In this document: piece by piece, positions 12,117-25,900 of the stretch
Position numbering within the stretch: the first letter of the stretch is position 1
How the letters are laid out: each line of letters opens with the position of its first letter
Source: Haliotis rubra
Lineage: Eukaryota
NCBI RefSeq assembly: GCF_003918875.1
Contig: NW_025766026.1
Coordinates: 1,488,001-1,552,000, forward strand
Direction of reading: 5' to 3'
DNA: 64,000 nt
Translations under genes and position numbers: made by a program
The notes under the pieces: generated by a model
What the model was told of the DNA's origin: nothing
Database searches by the model: none
Seen by the model: only the letters and a program-made list of their open reading frames with translations

Positions 12117-12757
12117 AACACTTAACTTTTATAAAAGGTCTCGGACTTGAACTAAGAAAAATGCAACATTTTAGAATTAATCTTTACAGTCAAGCAATTG
12201 AGCTGATGCTCTAAATTGTTCTGTTGTTTCAGTATTCAAAGGTACCAGCGATGATGTATTCTGGTGTTTTCTTGAGGTGATATCGTGTTTTACGACATTA
12301 TCAGAAAGAAATCCATTGATATTAGATGTGACATTTCTAACAATCTGGTCATCCCGTCTCCCTATCGTCTTCCGAGTCTCCACGTCCCTCATCAACCGGT
12401 TCAGACAGCACTTAATCAATATGTTATTTTAGACCTCTGTTTGTCACTTTGGCGTGCACGGAGTTCGTTAGCACACAACATTAGAATCACCTCGTCAGGC
12501 GTTAATGCTATTTGAGAAGAGATTTCACCCAAAGTGTCAATTATATACCTTACTTGATAATTCAAAGATAGTCATCGCGTCATACTGAAAGGCTAGAAGA
12601 CCACACATATCGTGTGACCTAAAAAGTCGCATTGGAATTCTCTTTCTGCATAACAAACCCACTGATTGAGTTAACATTGTGCAGTGACATGTGTTTTGAT
12701 CGCACTAAGTTAAATCAGAACGTTAAAAGGCTGCTCGATGCTGTCTTAAATCTGATT

Positions 12758-12898
12758 GGGGACGGTGGGGTAGCCTCGTCACGCCGAAGACCCGAGTTCG
12801 ATTCCCCACATGGATACAATTTGTGAAGCCCATTTCTGGTGTTCCTCGCCGTCATATTGCTGGAATATGACTCAGCGTAAAACTAAAAGTCGCTACTT
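12758..12898 (+). mobile_element. SINE family 1 with internal deletion
   Basis: ggtggggtagcc|tcgtcacgccgaagacccgagttcgattcccc...; imperfect flanking duplication gatgctgtctt..a.ctgatt. Confidence 0.8.
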
Positions 12899-13089
12899 GA
12901 TGCTGTCTTTAAACTGATTAAAATCTGGGACAACACTTCAACACTTGTCATATGAAAGTGTCCTATAGAAAATACACAATGGATGGAATCTGAGCTGTGT
13001 GTAAATGTCACAGCCACGTTTACAAATGGTAAAGGAATCACACATATCGCCCTTAGGGAAGCCTGAAGAGACATGATTAGGAACGGACA

Positions 13090-13805
13090 TGAAAAAATTT
13101 ATAATTTTATGTCGTACACACGCAATACTAAAGTTTGCGGGATATTAAACTAAATAGAATTAAATATTTTTTCAAAAAAGTCAGGATAGGCAATCTCCAG
13201 AAGAATATCACAACACTAAGAACAAGTACACAGCTACGTGCAAACAAACACGAAATGAATATTTTGAATGTAAACAAAAACGTTTGGAAGACAGTAGCAA
13301 TGATTCAAAACAGTTTTGGTTGGAGTTAAAGAGTTTTAATCCGAAAAAGACTGAAAATAGTATACATATTGAAGAGTGGTATATATACTTTAAACACTTG
13401 TTTGCATTCCCAGATAAGGACTGTTATATCATCACTAACAAGTACAAACATTTTAATACTTCAGAATTTATCAATGTTAATATTCCATGCAACATTACAA
13501 AGAAAGAAAGATAAATAATATTTGATAAAATGTAAAAGTTACTACTCGGGCGAATATAAATGCATGCATGTTTTATGTACTATAGGCCTGTCTGACTGAC
13601 TGACTGAGTTTAGTTTTACGCCGCTTTTAGCAATATTCCAGCAATATCACGGCGGGGGACACCAGAAATGGGCTTAACACATTGTGCCCATGTGGGGAAT
13701 CGAACCCGGGTCTTCGGCGTGACGAGCCAACGCTTTAACCACTAGGCTACCCCACCGCCCACTATAGGCCTGTGGTCTCTTCAGTACAGAATAAAGGTCG
13801 ATTGA
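13090..13805 (+). mobile_element. Internally deleted CR1/RTEX-like LINE fragment specific to U2
   Basis: NDSKQFWLELK...IHIEEWYIYFKHLF (tether region between EN and RT); 3' end gtactataggcctgtggtct...aataaa resembles the LINE tail at about 6583-6625. Confidence 0.6.
13592..13760 (-). mobile_element. tRNA-derived SINE (family 1), young copy with (CTGA)n tail
   Basis: 13-bp TSD actataggcctgt at 13579-13591 and 13761-13773; intact A/B boxes. Confidence 0.95.
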
Positions 13806-16800
13806 TATACAACCATTTTTAATCCTTTTCATGCCCCTTCAGCGCTTCAGTACTTTAACACACCGACACTTGAGATTTACTTGTCCGTCAGCGTCTTGTC
13901 CGATTTGGTTACAGAAAACAAAGAAATTAATAATAAACAATGGCTATTCCATTTTATTTTAAAGTTCACAGACGAGCTACCTCTTGACATTAGAACTACA
14001 ATGTATTGTGTGCAAAATAAAAACAACAGCAGATTACTTTATCTGGCGCTGGTAAAACTGTAAAAAGGACTTCCTCGTCTGAGAAATTTGATCCTAATGT
14101 CGCGCTAGAGAGATTGCCAGGTTAAAGCCAACTACGCAACTTACATGTATGCATCAAATCTGAATTGTTCTCCTGATTGTAAGATGGTCACAAAGATACC
14201 GGTAATGAAGATATTTAAATGCAAACATGACACCTCCGAGCAAGGGATAATATAATTCTTAGGTATATAACTTCATCGCCAGAATATTGCCAGTCTCGAA
14301 TATCCACCGCAATAGCCAGTTATTTACACACCACCAGAATATGAAATCAAAGAAACCACTTATCCAAGTCATCATGTTCCTGATTAAATGTATTCCAGAA
14401 AATGCAGGGAACTTATCTGCAAAACGGTTTACAATAAAAGTGATTTTTCATTCATCATGTTCCTTGATGTTGTCAATATGCATGGCGTTCAGGCGCCTGC
14501 TGTAGTTAAGAGCAAATTCATGATGACGCCAACAAATTTACTGTACTAAACAATATTGACCAAGGTCTTCTGGGACGGAAAAACCTTTCAGAATATATGT
14601 AACATTGTTTAACGCTATGATTGTCACCCGCGAAGGTTCCGGGCCAAAGTAGTTCAACAGGATTCCGTAAGTGTCTAACGCAAGTCATCTTACTCCGACG
14701 TCGTTGATGGTTGCTCGTATCAAAAGTATAATTGTCTTGTCCAGTCTCGATTGTTCACATGCTGCTGTCCTACAGCAGGGGTATTGCTGATTGATAAACG
14801 ACAAACAGAATGTTACATCTTACACAGCTGATATGGGCCGAACGTAATGTATGTAAACTAGTAAATGGAATAAGATTCGATCTCCAGACAACTGTCTACA
14901 CTAGCTAATCCCCAAGACGTGTGGCAGTCACACGAGCCGTCGGTGGTGACAAGTGGTAAGAGGTCGTTGTCCTTTGCAACTGTGGTTACCAAAATACCCC
15001 TTCAGTGAGGCAGGGATCGTCAGAATGTAGTGGTTAGTGATCGTGCGTGCGTTCAGTTGCACATTACACGACATATTTATGTAAACTGATTAAAACAATA
15101 TCCTCTATTACTGGTTATTCGTCCAGTTGCACTCTCTCGCAGCTCGTGCCTATACTTGGTAAACGACGAAAGATACATTACTTGCTTTTCGCCACCGTGA
15201 TATTTCTGGAATATTGCTAAAAGCGGTGTAAAACTAAACTCACTCACTCACGAAGTGTAATAATGCTAATGGGCTCATGCAATCTAGTGGTTGATAGTGT
15301 GAATTCATCATCGGAAATACACGCAACCAGCCAAGTGTAATACACTGTAACCATCCGACCACGCGTGGTCCGAGCTTATGAGAGAAATGGAGTACTGGGT
15401 ACCAACTCTGACTTTGATTCTCCACTACCAATCTTTACCGATGGAACATCTTTGGTGGATGCGCATAGTACGTGTGACAGTGATGGTCGTTTATATTGTC
15501 CCTGACGTGAACCGACATCGAGAATGACCCCAAGCTTCCTATATGATCAGGCTTAAGAGGAAAACCATTAACGAAATGGATTCTTGATGCACTTTCGTTC
15601 ACTAGTCAATCTGCTGTATTGCCTGTTCAAAATTAACAGCCTTTGAGTTGTTTTCAGAACTTGATGTAACCCTGGTGGCTATGGTGATTAGTTTGATGAC
15701 AACCTGCAGCGATAACAACGTCAATGTTGGTGACGGATGTCTAAGGGATCGGCCATTAGAATGACATGTTTGTGCTTTTTGTCGACATTGACATGTTTCT
15801 CACCTCCTAGGATTGACGAAATGTATTTGACATCCCTATTAAACAGCTTTAACTGTTTATTTTTTAGCCAGAAGTTGCTTTCTTCGGGGACACATTACCG
15901 CGTCTGTAATTATCAAACGGATGTCTCTGACAAGGAGATTACTTCAGAAAATATTTTGCAATTAGTTCTCAGTGTCGATAGATTCACTACACAGCAAACC
16001 CGATGAATGAAGCATCGTCTTATATCGTGTGGATCAGAGAGGGAATAGCTTCACACACTATGGCTGTCGTTAGAAACGCCCCCGAGGAGATTCCTGATTA
16101 GAGCACGTCCTCAGGAATCCATGCTTGTCGTCGAAGCAACCAAATGGATCGGATCGACGACGTGGTCGTTGCTCCCAATATCGATCATCTTTCTTCTGAT
16201 CCAGGCTTGATTCTTTACAGCCCGCCGTCATATCGCTGAAGTATTGCTGACAACATAATTCTTTGAAGGTATTTCCAAAGTCTAGAAGCGACTTAAATTC
16301 ATGGCTAAGGTACATGGGCGATTGGGTGATATTGTGCCACAACGGAGTGAATCCTTCTTCATGCTATAAACCACTTACGTGCTTTGACCAGATTCGACAA
16401 TTAACAGGCATGATACAGGTGGAAAATGCTATATTAGGCAAATAGTTCTAGAAAAAGAATTGTTTTTAAATTTATGAACAACGAACGAAGTTAGCAGAGA
16501 GACATTGGGGAAACTATAAATATTGATTCATGGTATAAATTCTTTATACCCATACTTATATGTTATTGTAAAACAATGCTAGCAAATGTGTTAGCAAATC
16601 CACCAACAGAACGTGCCGTACAGAATGACTCAAGATTACTGGACATAGAAAGAAAAAACAACGTCCGTGATTTATCTGTTCCAAGAAATTTGAGTATTTT
16701 CCCGGTTAGACGGAGTTGTTAGAAAGAATTTAATTGACAGATGTTTCATGTTGTTGTCGTGCGTTAAATATTATCCTAAAGAAACAAGACAGATTTGAAA

Positions 16801-19800
16801 AACCTTGAAAAAGTAGGGTTGTTTGAGAGTGAGATAGAAATGCACAGATGTTCGTCCGCGCTTTGCAATATTCCTAAAAACTCAAATTCATTTAGTCGCT
16901 TCCCACAGTAAGCATGTTTTGATGGAGTTGACAGAGCTTTTCGACTGACACGTGGAGGATATTCCAAATGTGATGCAACAGAACTCAATATAATATTCCA
17001 TGGAGGTTCCAATTTTGGCTTATACCGTGTGCATGTGTTTGTGACGGGTTTGGAACAGGATACGTTCCCTTTTTCTCGATTATCTGATACCATTAATGTT
17101 CGATGGGTATTAATCAACACATGTTTATGATATAATTGGAATCATAAAATGGCGATTCTTTAAGATTGGGAAATTGTTTTGTGACATTTATATATATTGA
17201 ATGAATAGCTATAAAGAAGTGCGGAACTCATCCTTCCTTTCTGGAAGTTAAGTCAGCTAAGTCCAACGACTGACTGATATTGAGACGTTCACTGAGTATC
17301 ACCACCGTTAATACGTCATAAAAGGGGTGAACTCGATTCAGAAAAACACTGTGATGAAAGAATAACATGGACTTTGATTCCACACCACTGTTCCTGCTAT
17401 ATGATCACAATCTTCAAGGTTTGTTACAGCCCATTCTTAGATATGACTGAAATACAGTTCAACCCAGTGCCAAAACAAACTCATTCATCAGTCATTCTCA
17501 AAAAGACAGAAACCGACACACCGATTGACATTGTTCAAGAACAGTGGTCAATGCATGGTAACAGAAACAGTACTGTTAGGTTATTATTATTATTCAGGTT
17601 AACGACACCGTGAAAATAACAGAAAATAATTAATGCTTGACAACAGGTACACTACTGTTTTAACTAACGGAGCATCTGTTCTTGGAACATTACCGCTGAC
17701 GGAAGTTCTCTGGTTGAGGCACCCTGACATATCATGCAGACGAATATAACATAAGAGAATCCCAGTGGAATATACCTCGGGACAACACTGCGACATCAAC
17801 ATCAGACCCGGTTCTGTCCTGTCTTCATCTCATTCAGTTCCTTGCAAATGCGTTCGCTATATTTGTATTACGCTTTGTCAAGCATGTTGATCCATAATAA
17901 GTTTGCTTGTATATGCGTCAGGAATACTTCGTCTTGTTGATCGCTTACTTTGATGGCATTTTGTAAAGGAATATTTCTTATGGTTAGCTGTTTGAAGAAA
18001 TTTCAATAGAATTTGATGAAAGGAATTAAGAAAAGATCAAAAACAGGAGAAGTCCATGACTCCATGAAACTGTAAACGACCTTGCAGGGTTTATATAAAT
18101 GAATGTGATCACGAAATGGGTTTGTGTTGATTTGTGCTCAGTTGATAATGATTTCTGGTGTTGTGATGCATGTGATATGAGCTGATAATGCACTGTTGAG
18201 ACTGGGAGACTCATGTTGAGGTATGCGGAGCTGAGGAGTTAGATGATATGATGAAACACCAACTATAAGGTACACATGCCTGATGAGTTAGATTACAGAA
18301 GAAGAAAACCAATACTGAGGTATATGTAACCGATGAGATAGGTTCCAGAATGGTGCCGTACAGTGTGACCAGGAATCCCCAATATGTAACTCGTCTGAAT
18401 GACTCTTTACAGATTTACCAACACCACGTTTACATGATCTTGGACAGGTTGTTAGAGGCCAGGCACTATTAGCTATTGATTTAACTGATTTCTTACTTCA
18501 GAAAGGTTTTGTAAAGGTTCTCCATCTTCTTCATTTCCACTGTTAACCTTGCATTATGCCCTCCTCAAATGTTATTGTTTATCCACCTACAGCCAAGGTT
18601 ATACAAACTTCACAAGACAGCATGTGCTTAGTGTACAGAGGAGAGAGGAAGTTCCCGAGAACACTGAAGAAGATCTTTCAGTATTTGATTGGTTAAGCAT
18701 TGATTGTGTTTGATCTCAGGTGGCACCTGACCAATTTCCCTTGACTTGGGTCTGTTTCGATTCCACTTGAGCTGTGTGTATCAAGAACATCCATTGCAAT
18801 GTCAAAGGTTAAGGTGCGAGTCAATCCCGGTCGACAATGAACAGCCGCTGCGTTATGTTACTGTTACTGCCCACTAATATTGAAGTGACGTTAAACACTT
18901 TTATTGACTGGTACAACGCTTTTGGGGTATGATATGATGCGGGCTAACATCACTGAATCAACTTCTTTAACAGTTCAATTCAAGAGGGCTTTTAATTGAA
19001 ACAGAAACTATCATCTGGATATATCATAAAAATATGTATGAATATGAACCACAAACCTCATCAGGCAACATTAACGTAAAGGTGCGTTTATCAATATGTC
19101 ATGGAATAAAGAATGCATTTGATTTTGTGCTTTTGTGTTACATGACATCATAACTACAATTGTCGCTATATTTGAAATACAATGACGTCAACTGGAAGTT
19201 CACTGATGTCTTGAGACAATGGATCGTATAATGTCAATCATAAATCATACCAGGGCCTCCATGTTCAGCGTAGTTCAACAAAAAATATTCGAAAGTTCTT
19301 TGAAAGGTTGATTCTTTGATTTAAAAATAATGTACATCAAAGGATAACAGTCCTTTCCTCCTGGTAGCTCCCCCACTTACTTTACGTTTCAATTCAGCCA
19401 GAATACATTTCCCATTTAAAACAGAATTCTGTACCACTGCATCCTGTTATATATGTTATTCTGTGCAATCACTATTCCGGTAATAGAGAATGTATAAATA
19501 TATACACATAATTCCATCATTTAGTGCGGGGTAAATGTTCCTTTTTTAATATCACGTTAAACCCATTTAACTCTATGGGGTAAAGCTGGTGAGGGGTAAA
19601 TGCATATGGATTTATTAACGTCATGTTAAACACATGTATCCCCTCTTTGGGGTAAAGCTACCTTCTACCTATCCATCATTGTTACAACAACATTTGACAG
19701 TTTCGCAGTATTCATAATTTTGAAATAAAATCAGTTGCAATCTATCTAATTCATGCCAATGGTTTCTTATAACATAAACTTTGAAGAAAAGTCTTGAACT

Positions 19801-21119
19801 TGATCTGAGAAAAATACCCATTCAAATTCGTTGGCCATGTTTTTTTGCAAAGCCAGATTGTATTTTTATGGAGGTATTCACTAGTCTCCCACAAGGTACA
19901 AGTTTTACTATTAAGACGATGATGTTTTCAGATATTTTCTTTGTTCCAGCTCCATGAGGTGAAAAACATATCGTCAGGACATCGTATTTAGGACATTATC
20001 AGAAAGAAATCCATTGCTATTAGATGTGACAATTCTACAAATCTGGCCATCTCGTCTCCCTATAGTCTTCCGATCCTGCACGTCCCTCGCAACTGGTTCA
20101 GACAGCACTTAATCAATATGTTATTTTAGACCCGTGCTTGTCACTTTAATCTCATAACTAAAAACCCAACATTTACTGAAAGCCCTTCTATTAATGAAAA
20201 TGGCATGTCTCTCCCATTTGATTTAGTTGTTAAATCAAATGTATGTCTGGTGGTTGATATGTAATATAGCCCTTCAACCTCTATTCACAAATAGCATGTA
20301 CCTTATAGAGCTCTCTTCTAAGTTTGATTGTGCCAGTGTTGGTATGCAACATATTCTGTCTAAAATTGTTGACTGTAACCTTCTGTTATGAGTAACAGTA
20401 AGATTGTAGACTGATAGTTCAGTCATAATGTCTTTCACATATACGCTCCGGAATTATGTAGCACTTCGTCTTATCATGTATGATATTCTGCACAATCCAT
20501 ATTCTGTTAATAGACAATTCTAAAAATGTTTACTTAGAATTCCATCATTTGGTGCGGGGTAAATGCATATTGATTTATTAAACGTCATGTTAAACCCATG
20601 TATCCCCTCAATGGGGTTTAAGCTACCTTCTACCTATCCATCTTGGTTACTGCCACATTTGACCGTTTCACAATATTCAAAGATCTCACCAGGATCTGAG
20701 AAACATACAGATTCAAACAACGAGGCTATAAAGCCATATTTTATGTCGCTGTTATTTTGTCTCAGTATTCCAAGGTACCAGTTTCACTATTTAGGCGATG
20801 ATGTTTCCACACTTTTTCTTTCTTCCAGCTCCATGAGGTGAAAAAAATATTTTTGGACATTATCAGAAAGAAATCCCTTGCTATCAGATGTGACATTTCT
20901 CACAATCTGGTCATCCCGTCTCCCTATCGTCTTCCGAGTCTCCACGTGCCTCGCAACTTGTTCAGACAGCACTTAATCAATATGTTATTTTAGACCTCTC
21001 CTTGTCACTTTGGCGTGCATCGAGTTCGTTAGCACACAATATTAGAATAACCTTGGCAGGTCTTAATGCTAATTGAGAAGAGGTTTCACCAAAAGTGTCT
21101 CTCCGAACGAATATTCTTT

Positions 21120-21930
21120 ACTTGATAATTCAAAGATTTATACCATCGGCACCTGTTGAAACAAGGTATCTCGCAAAGCAACTAATTGTGTGAATATTGT
21201 GCAGCGGATTGTGTTTCAGGTGAACTATGGACAAGGGGCTTCACCAAAAGTATGAACGAATATTCTATATATTTATTGAGTCGTACTGAAAGGTGTTAAA
21301 ACCTCGACTATCGTGTAAGCTAAGTACGCAAGGGGATCTCTGTTCACACACCATCGGCACTATGGAACAAGGGGCTTCACCAAAAGTATGAACGAATATT
21401 CTATATATTTATTGAGTCGTACTGAGAAGGTGTTAAAACCTCGACTATCGTGTAAGCTAAGTACGCAAGGGGATCTCTGTTCACACACCATCGGCACCTG
21501 TTGAAACAAGGTATCTCGCAAAGCAACTAATTGTGTGAATATTGTGCAGCGGATTGTGTTTCAGGTGAACTATGGACAAGGGGCTTCACCAAAAGTATGA
21601 ACGAATATTCTATATATTTATTGAGTCGTATTGAAAGGTGAGTCGTACTCGACTATCGTGTTAAAACGCTCGGGGATCTCTGTTCACACACCATCGGCAC
21701 CTGTTGAAACAAGGTATCTCGCAAAGCAACTAATTGTGTGAATATTGTGCAGTGGATTGTGTTTCAGGTGAACTATGGACAAGGGGCTTCACCAAAAGTA
21801 TGAACGAATATTCTTTACTTGATAATTCAAAGATATTTATGTGTTTAAAACCTGAACACATGGACCAGCCAATGCATATGTACAGCGGAATGTGTTTATG
21901 ACTATGGTGCCGCCGGTTATGTTTATGACT
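21120..21930. repeat. Local scrambled tandem repeat of an approximately 200-bp segment (about 4 copies)
   Basis: ggggcttcaccaaaagtatgaacgaatattct recurs at about 21235, 21371, 21580, 21784; single copy in U4/U5. Confidence 0.85.
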
Positions 21931-22417
21931 GCCGCCGGTTTTAATACTGATGAATGCTGAGTCCAACAGACACATAACCATGATATAGCAAACACTCGAC
22001 TTCTTAGTGTAGATTTCTTACTGATGTGGAAAGGGTTTTGTCCTTTCTATTTACACAAGCCTTACTCCAGACCGTGACTTACTATCTTTAGATCACCTGA
22101 TTCAAAGCTGAGACGTGTATAACCCTTGTCATATGAAAGTGTCAAATAAAAAATACATAGTGGCTGGAATCTATGCTATAAGGAAATGTCACCAGACACA
22201 AATACTAATGGCAGAGGAATCACGAATATTTTGTTCTGCATTTCTCCCGTTCGAGTAAACGCCCAGGGACATTAAAACAAGTAGTTTCTCTTTAGATACA
22301 GGCAGATGTCGTTAAGACACTGATACATGATGTGTACTTGTTCAGTTTGACAAGCGTGTTATCGTGTATAATTTGGTAGAGAAAATAACAAAGGATTATC
22401 TATTCTCTTTTAAATTT

Positions 22418-22635
22418 GACGAACTACCTCCTTGCCAGTACAACTTCAATATACTGTGTGCAAAACAACAAAATAGATTAAATACTACACTCTCAGACGA
22501 GCTACCTCAGACGAGATACCCTTGCCAGTACAACTTCAATGTACTGTGTGCAGAACAACAAAATAGATTAAATACTACACTCTCAGACGAGATACCTCCT
22601 TGCCAGTACAACTTCAATGCATTGTGTGCAAAATA
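22418..22635. repeat. About 77-bp tandem repeat, 3 copies
   Basis: ccttgccagtacaacttcaat...tgtgtgca occurs three times; two copies in U4 (about 31775-31900), one in U2 and U5. Confidence 0.85.
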
Positions 22636-25519
22636 AAAACGACAGCAGATTACTATATCTGGCGCTGGTAAAGCTGTTAAAAAAGACACCCTCGTCTGAG
22701 AGATTTGATCCTGATGTCGCGCTAGAGAGATTGCCAGGTTTAAGCCAACTATGCAACTTATGCATCAAATCTGAATTGTTCTTCTGATTGAAAGATGCTC
22801 ACAAAGATACCGGTAATGAAGATATTTAAATGCAAAACATGACTCCTCCGACCAAGGGATAACATAATTCTTAGATATATAACTGAATCGCAAGAATATT
22901 GCTAGTCTCGAATATCCACCGGAACAGCCAAATACTTACACACCACTAGAATATGAAATCAAAGAACGACTTACCCTAGTCATCATTTTCCTGATTAAAT
23001 CTATTCCAGAAATCGCAGGGAACGTCTCTGCAAACACAACTTACAATAAAAGTGATTTATCATTCACCATTTTATTTGATGTGGTCAATATGCATGGTGT
23101 TCTGGCGTCTGCTGTAGTTAAGAGCAAATTAATGATGACGCCAACAAATTTCACTGTCCTAAAAATACTGACTAAGATCTTCTGGTACTGAAAAAGGTTT
23201 CAGAATAAAATGTGCTACATGTTTTAACGCTATGATTGCGACCCGCGGAGGTTCGCTACTGTAGTAGGTCCTCAGCAACTTATGCTGTGATAGTGACCCA
23301 CTTAATCGATCGTATGATCAGATTCCGTAAGTGTCCAACGCAAGTCTTACCCCGACGTCGTTGATGGTTGTTTATATCAAAACTGTATTGTCTTGTCCAG
23401 ACTCGATTGTTCACATGCTGCTCTCATACAGCAGGGGTATTGCTGACTGATAAACAGCAAACAGAATGTTATATCTTACACAGCTAATGCGGCGAACGTA
23501 ATGCATATAATCTGGTAAAAGCAAATATTATATATCTCCTGACAACTGTCTACACTAGCTAACACTCACGATGTATGCCAGACACACGAGACGTCAGTGG
23601 TGACAGATCGTGAGAGGTCGTTGACATTTGCAACATATCCATGTAAACAATATTCTTCTATTACTGGTTATTCGTCCAGCTGCACTCTCTCGCAGCTCGT
23701 GCCTATACTTGGTAAACGACGAAAGATACATTACTTGCTTTTCGCCACCGTGATATTGCTGGAATATTGCTAAAAGTGGGGTAAAATAAACTCACTCACT
23801 CACGAAGTGTAACAATGCGAATGAGGTAATGCAATCTAGTGGTTGAAAGTGTGAACACATCGTCGGAAAGACACGCAACCAATCAAGTGTAATACACTGT
23901 AACCATCCGATCATCCGTGGTCCGAGCTTATGAGAAAAATGGAATACTGGGTACCAACTCTGACTTTGATTCTCCACTGCCAATCTTTACCGATGGAACA
24001 TCTTTGGTGGATGCGCATAGCATGTGTGACTAGGATGGTCGTTTATGTTGTCAGTGACGTGAACCGACATCGAAAATGACCCCAAGCTTCCTATATGATC
24101 AGGCTTAAGAGGAAAACCATTAACGAAATGGATTTTTGATGCACTTTCGTTCACTAGTCAATCTGCTGTATTGCCTGTTCAAAATTAACAGCCTTTGAGT
24201 TGTTTTCAGAACTTGATGTAACCCTGGTGGCTATGGTGATTAGTTTGATGACAACCTGCAGCGATAACAACGTCAATGTTGGTGACGGATGTCTAGGGGA
24301 TCGGCCATTAGATTGGTACATTTTTGTGCTTATTGTCGACATTGACATGTTTCTCACCTCCTAGGATTAACGAAAGGTATTTGACATCCGTATTAAACTG
24401 AGTCAACTTTTTATATATTTTAGCCAGAAGCTGCTTTCTTCGGGGACACGTTACCGCGTCTGTAATTATCAAACGGATGTCTCTGACAAGAAGATTACTT
24501 CGGAAAATATTTGCAATTAGTTCTCAATATGAGAAGACCTGATAGACTTACTACATAGCAAACCCAATGAAACAAGCATCGTCTTATATCGTGCGAATCT
24601 GAGAGGGAAATAGCTTCACACACCATGGCTGTCGTTAGAGACGCCCCCGCGGAGATTCCTGATTAGAATCAACCATTTGGTTCGGATGACGACGTGGACC
24701 GTTGCTCCCGATATCAATTCTTGACTTGATTCTATCCGTCACATCGCTGACATATTGCTGACATTCTTTGAATGTATTTCCAATCTCGTTTTTATTTCTA
24801 GAAGCGACTGAAATCCATGACCAAAGGTATTATGGTGATTGTGCGGTATTGTTCCACAACAGTGTAGTTCCTTCTTCATGATATCATCCACTTAAGTGCT
24901 TTGCCCAGAGTCGACTATTAACGGAAATTGGGTAGGTGGGAAAATGCTGTGCTAAGCAACTAGTTCTAGTATCAGTATTGTTTCTAAATTGATGAAATAC
25001 AAAGGAATTAGCAGAAAGACATTGAGGAAATTATAAATAGTGCCTCGAGGTATCTAGATCGGAAAGATCCCAAACAGTAGTCATTTTGTTGACTTTCGTG
25101 ACGCCTGGGGCCTATATTCTTACCCGGAATCCTCTTGTGTCAAGAAGAGTTGACGGTCATCCGACAAGATCATGTCCTATAATGCAACTTACATGAAGTA
25201 GTGCGGTGTTTTCCGACAGATATGTGGAGGACATTCCAAATGTGATGCAATAAAGCTCAATACAATGTTTCATGCAACTTCCTATTTTGGCTTATACCGT
25301 GTGGGGATACCTTTGCATGTGTCTGTGACGGGTTCCACAGATGAAAATGGATACGTTCCCTTTTTCTCGATTATCTGATACCATTAATGTTTGGTGGGTA
25401 TTGATGAACACGTGTTTATGATAAAACGGACGATTGTGGAAAATGGTTTGTGACATTTATATATAGTGGATGCTGAAGAATAGATGAGCGGATCGCGTCC
25501 TTCCTTCTTCGGAGTCACT

Positions 25520-25900
25520 TTCTGGAGACAGCATAGTGCCATGACTGTCTGACTGGGCTGGGCGTAAGAAGACCTAATGTTTAACAGTCATTACATTGCC
25601 GAAACAAATACCCGCAGGAATCATATAAACTCAGTTTGGATTTATGTCAGTCGAGAGAAAATCACCACGTATGTGAAGTGTATGCAGTGGCTGTCTGGTG
25701 GAGTGTATGCAGTGTTGTATCACTCAACCTGTCCCTTAACGCCGACTAGGTTTTGGTTTGTCAGCCCCATACACCGAAGTGGTATGCGTCTAAACTATAC
25801 ATCCTTGTGGTCTTCCTCCCACACCGAGCTGACACACCGCGATGTAACTGCAATGCTGTTCAAATTGGCGTAAAACCCATCTCACACACTCTCTCACTCG
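25520..25900 (+). mobile_element. Old SINE-like insertion (family 4) specific to U3
   Basis: Absent from sister units; ends cttcctcccac...cgcgatgtaactgcaatgctgttcaaattggcgtaaaacccatctcacacactc, resembling the shared SINE tail. Confidence 0.55.

Larger units (their letters stand above)
10250..20147. repeat. Large-array unit U2 (plus the start of a following unit up to the junction at about 20147)
   Basis: Ordered landmarks gacattatcagaaagaaa (12295, again 19992), gagattgccagg (14110), tctccagacaactgtctacac (14881), attatctgataccattaatgtt (17080), gaggcaccctgacat (17716) recur in U3-U5. Confidence 0.9.

Noticed and set aside
15900-16260. Viral methyltransferase resemblance (VIDIGSN ... NLLVRDI on the minus strand, clearest in U5)
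   Set aside because: Spacing is far longer than in alpha-like capping enzymes and an overlapping frame is equally open; likely coincidence.
18110-18180. RanBP2-type zinc finger on the plus strand (WVCVDLC...N...CCDAC)
   Set aside because: Spacing is wrong and the motif is not conserved in U1.
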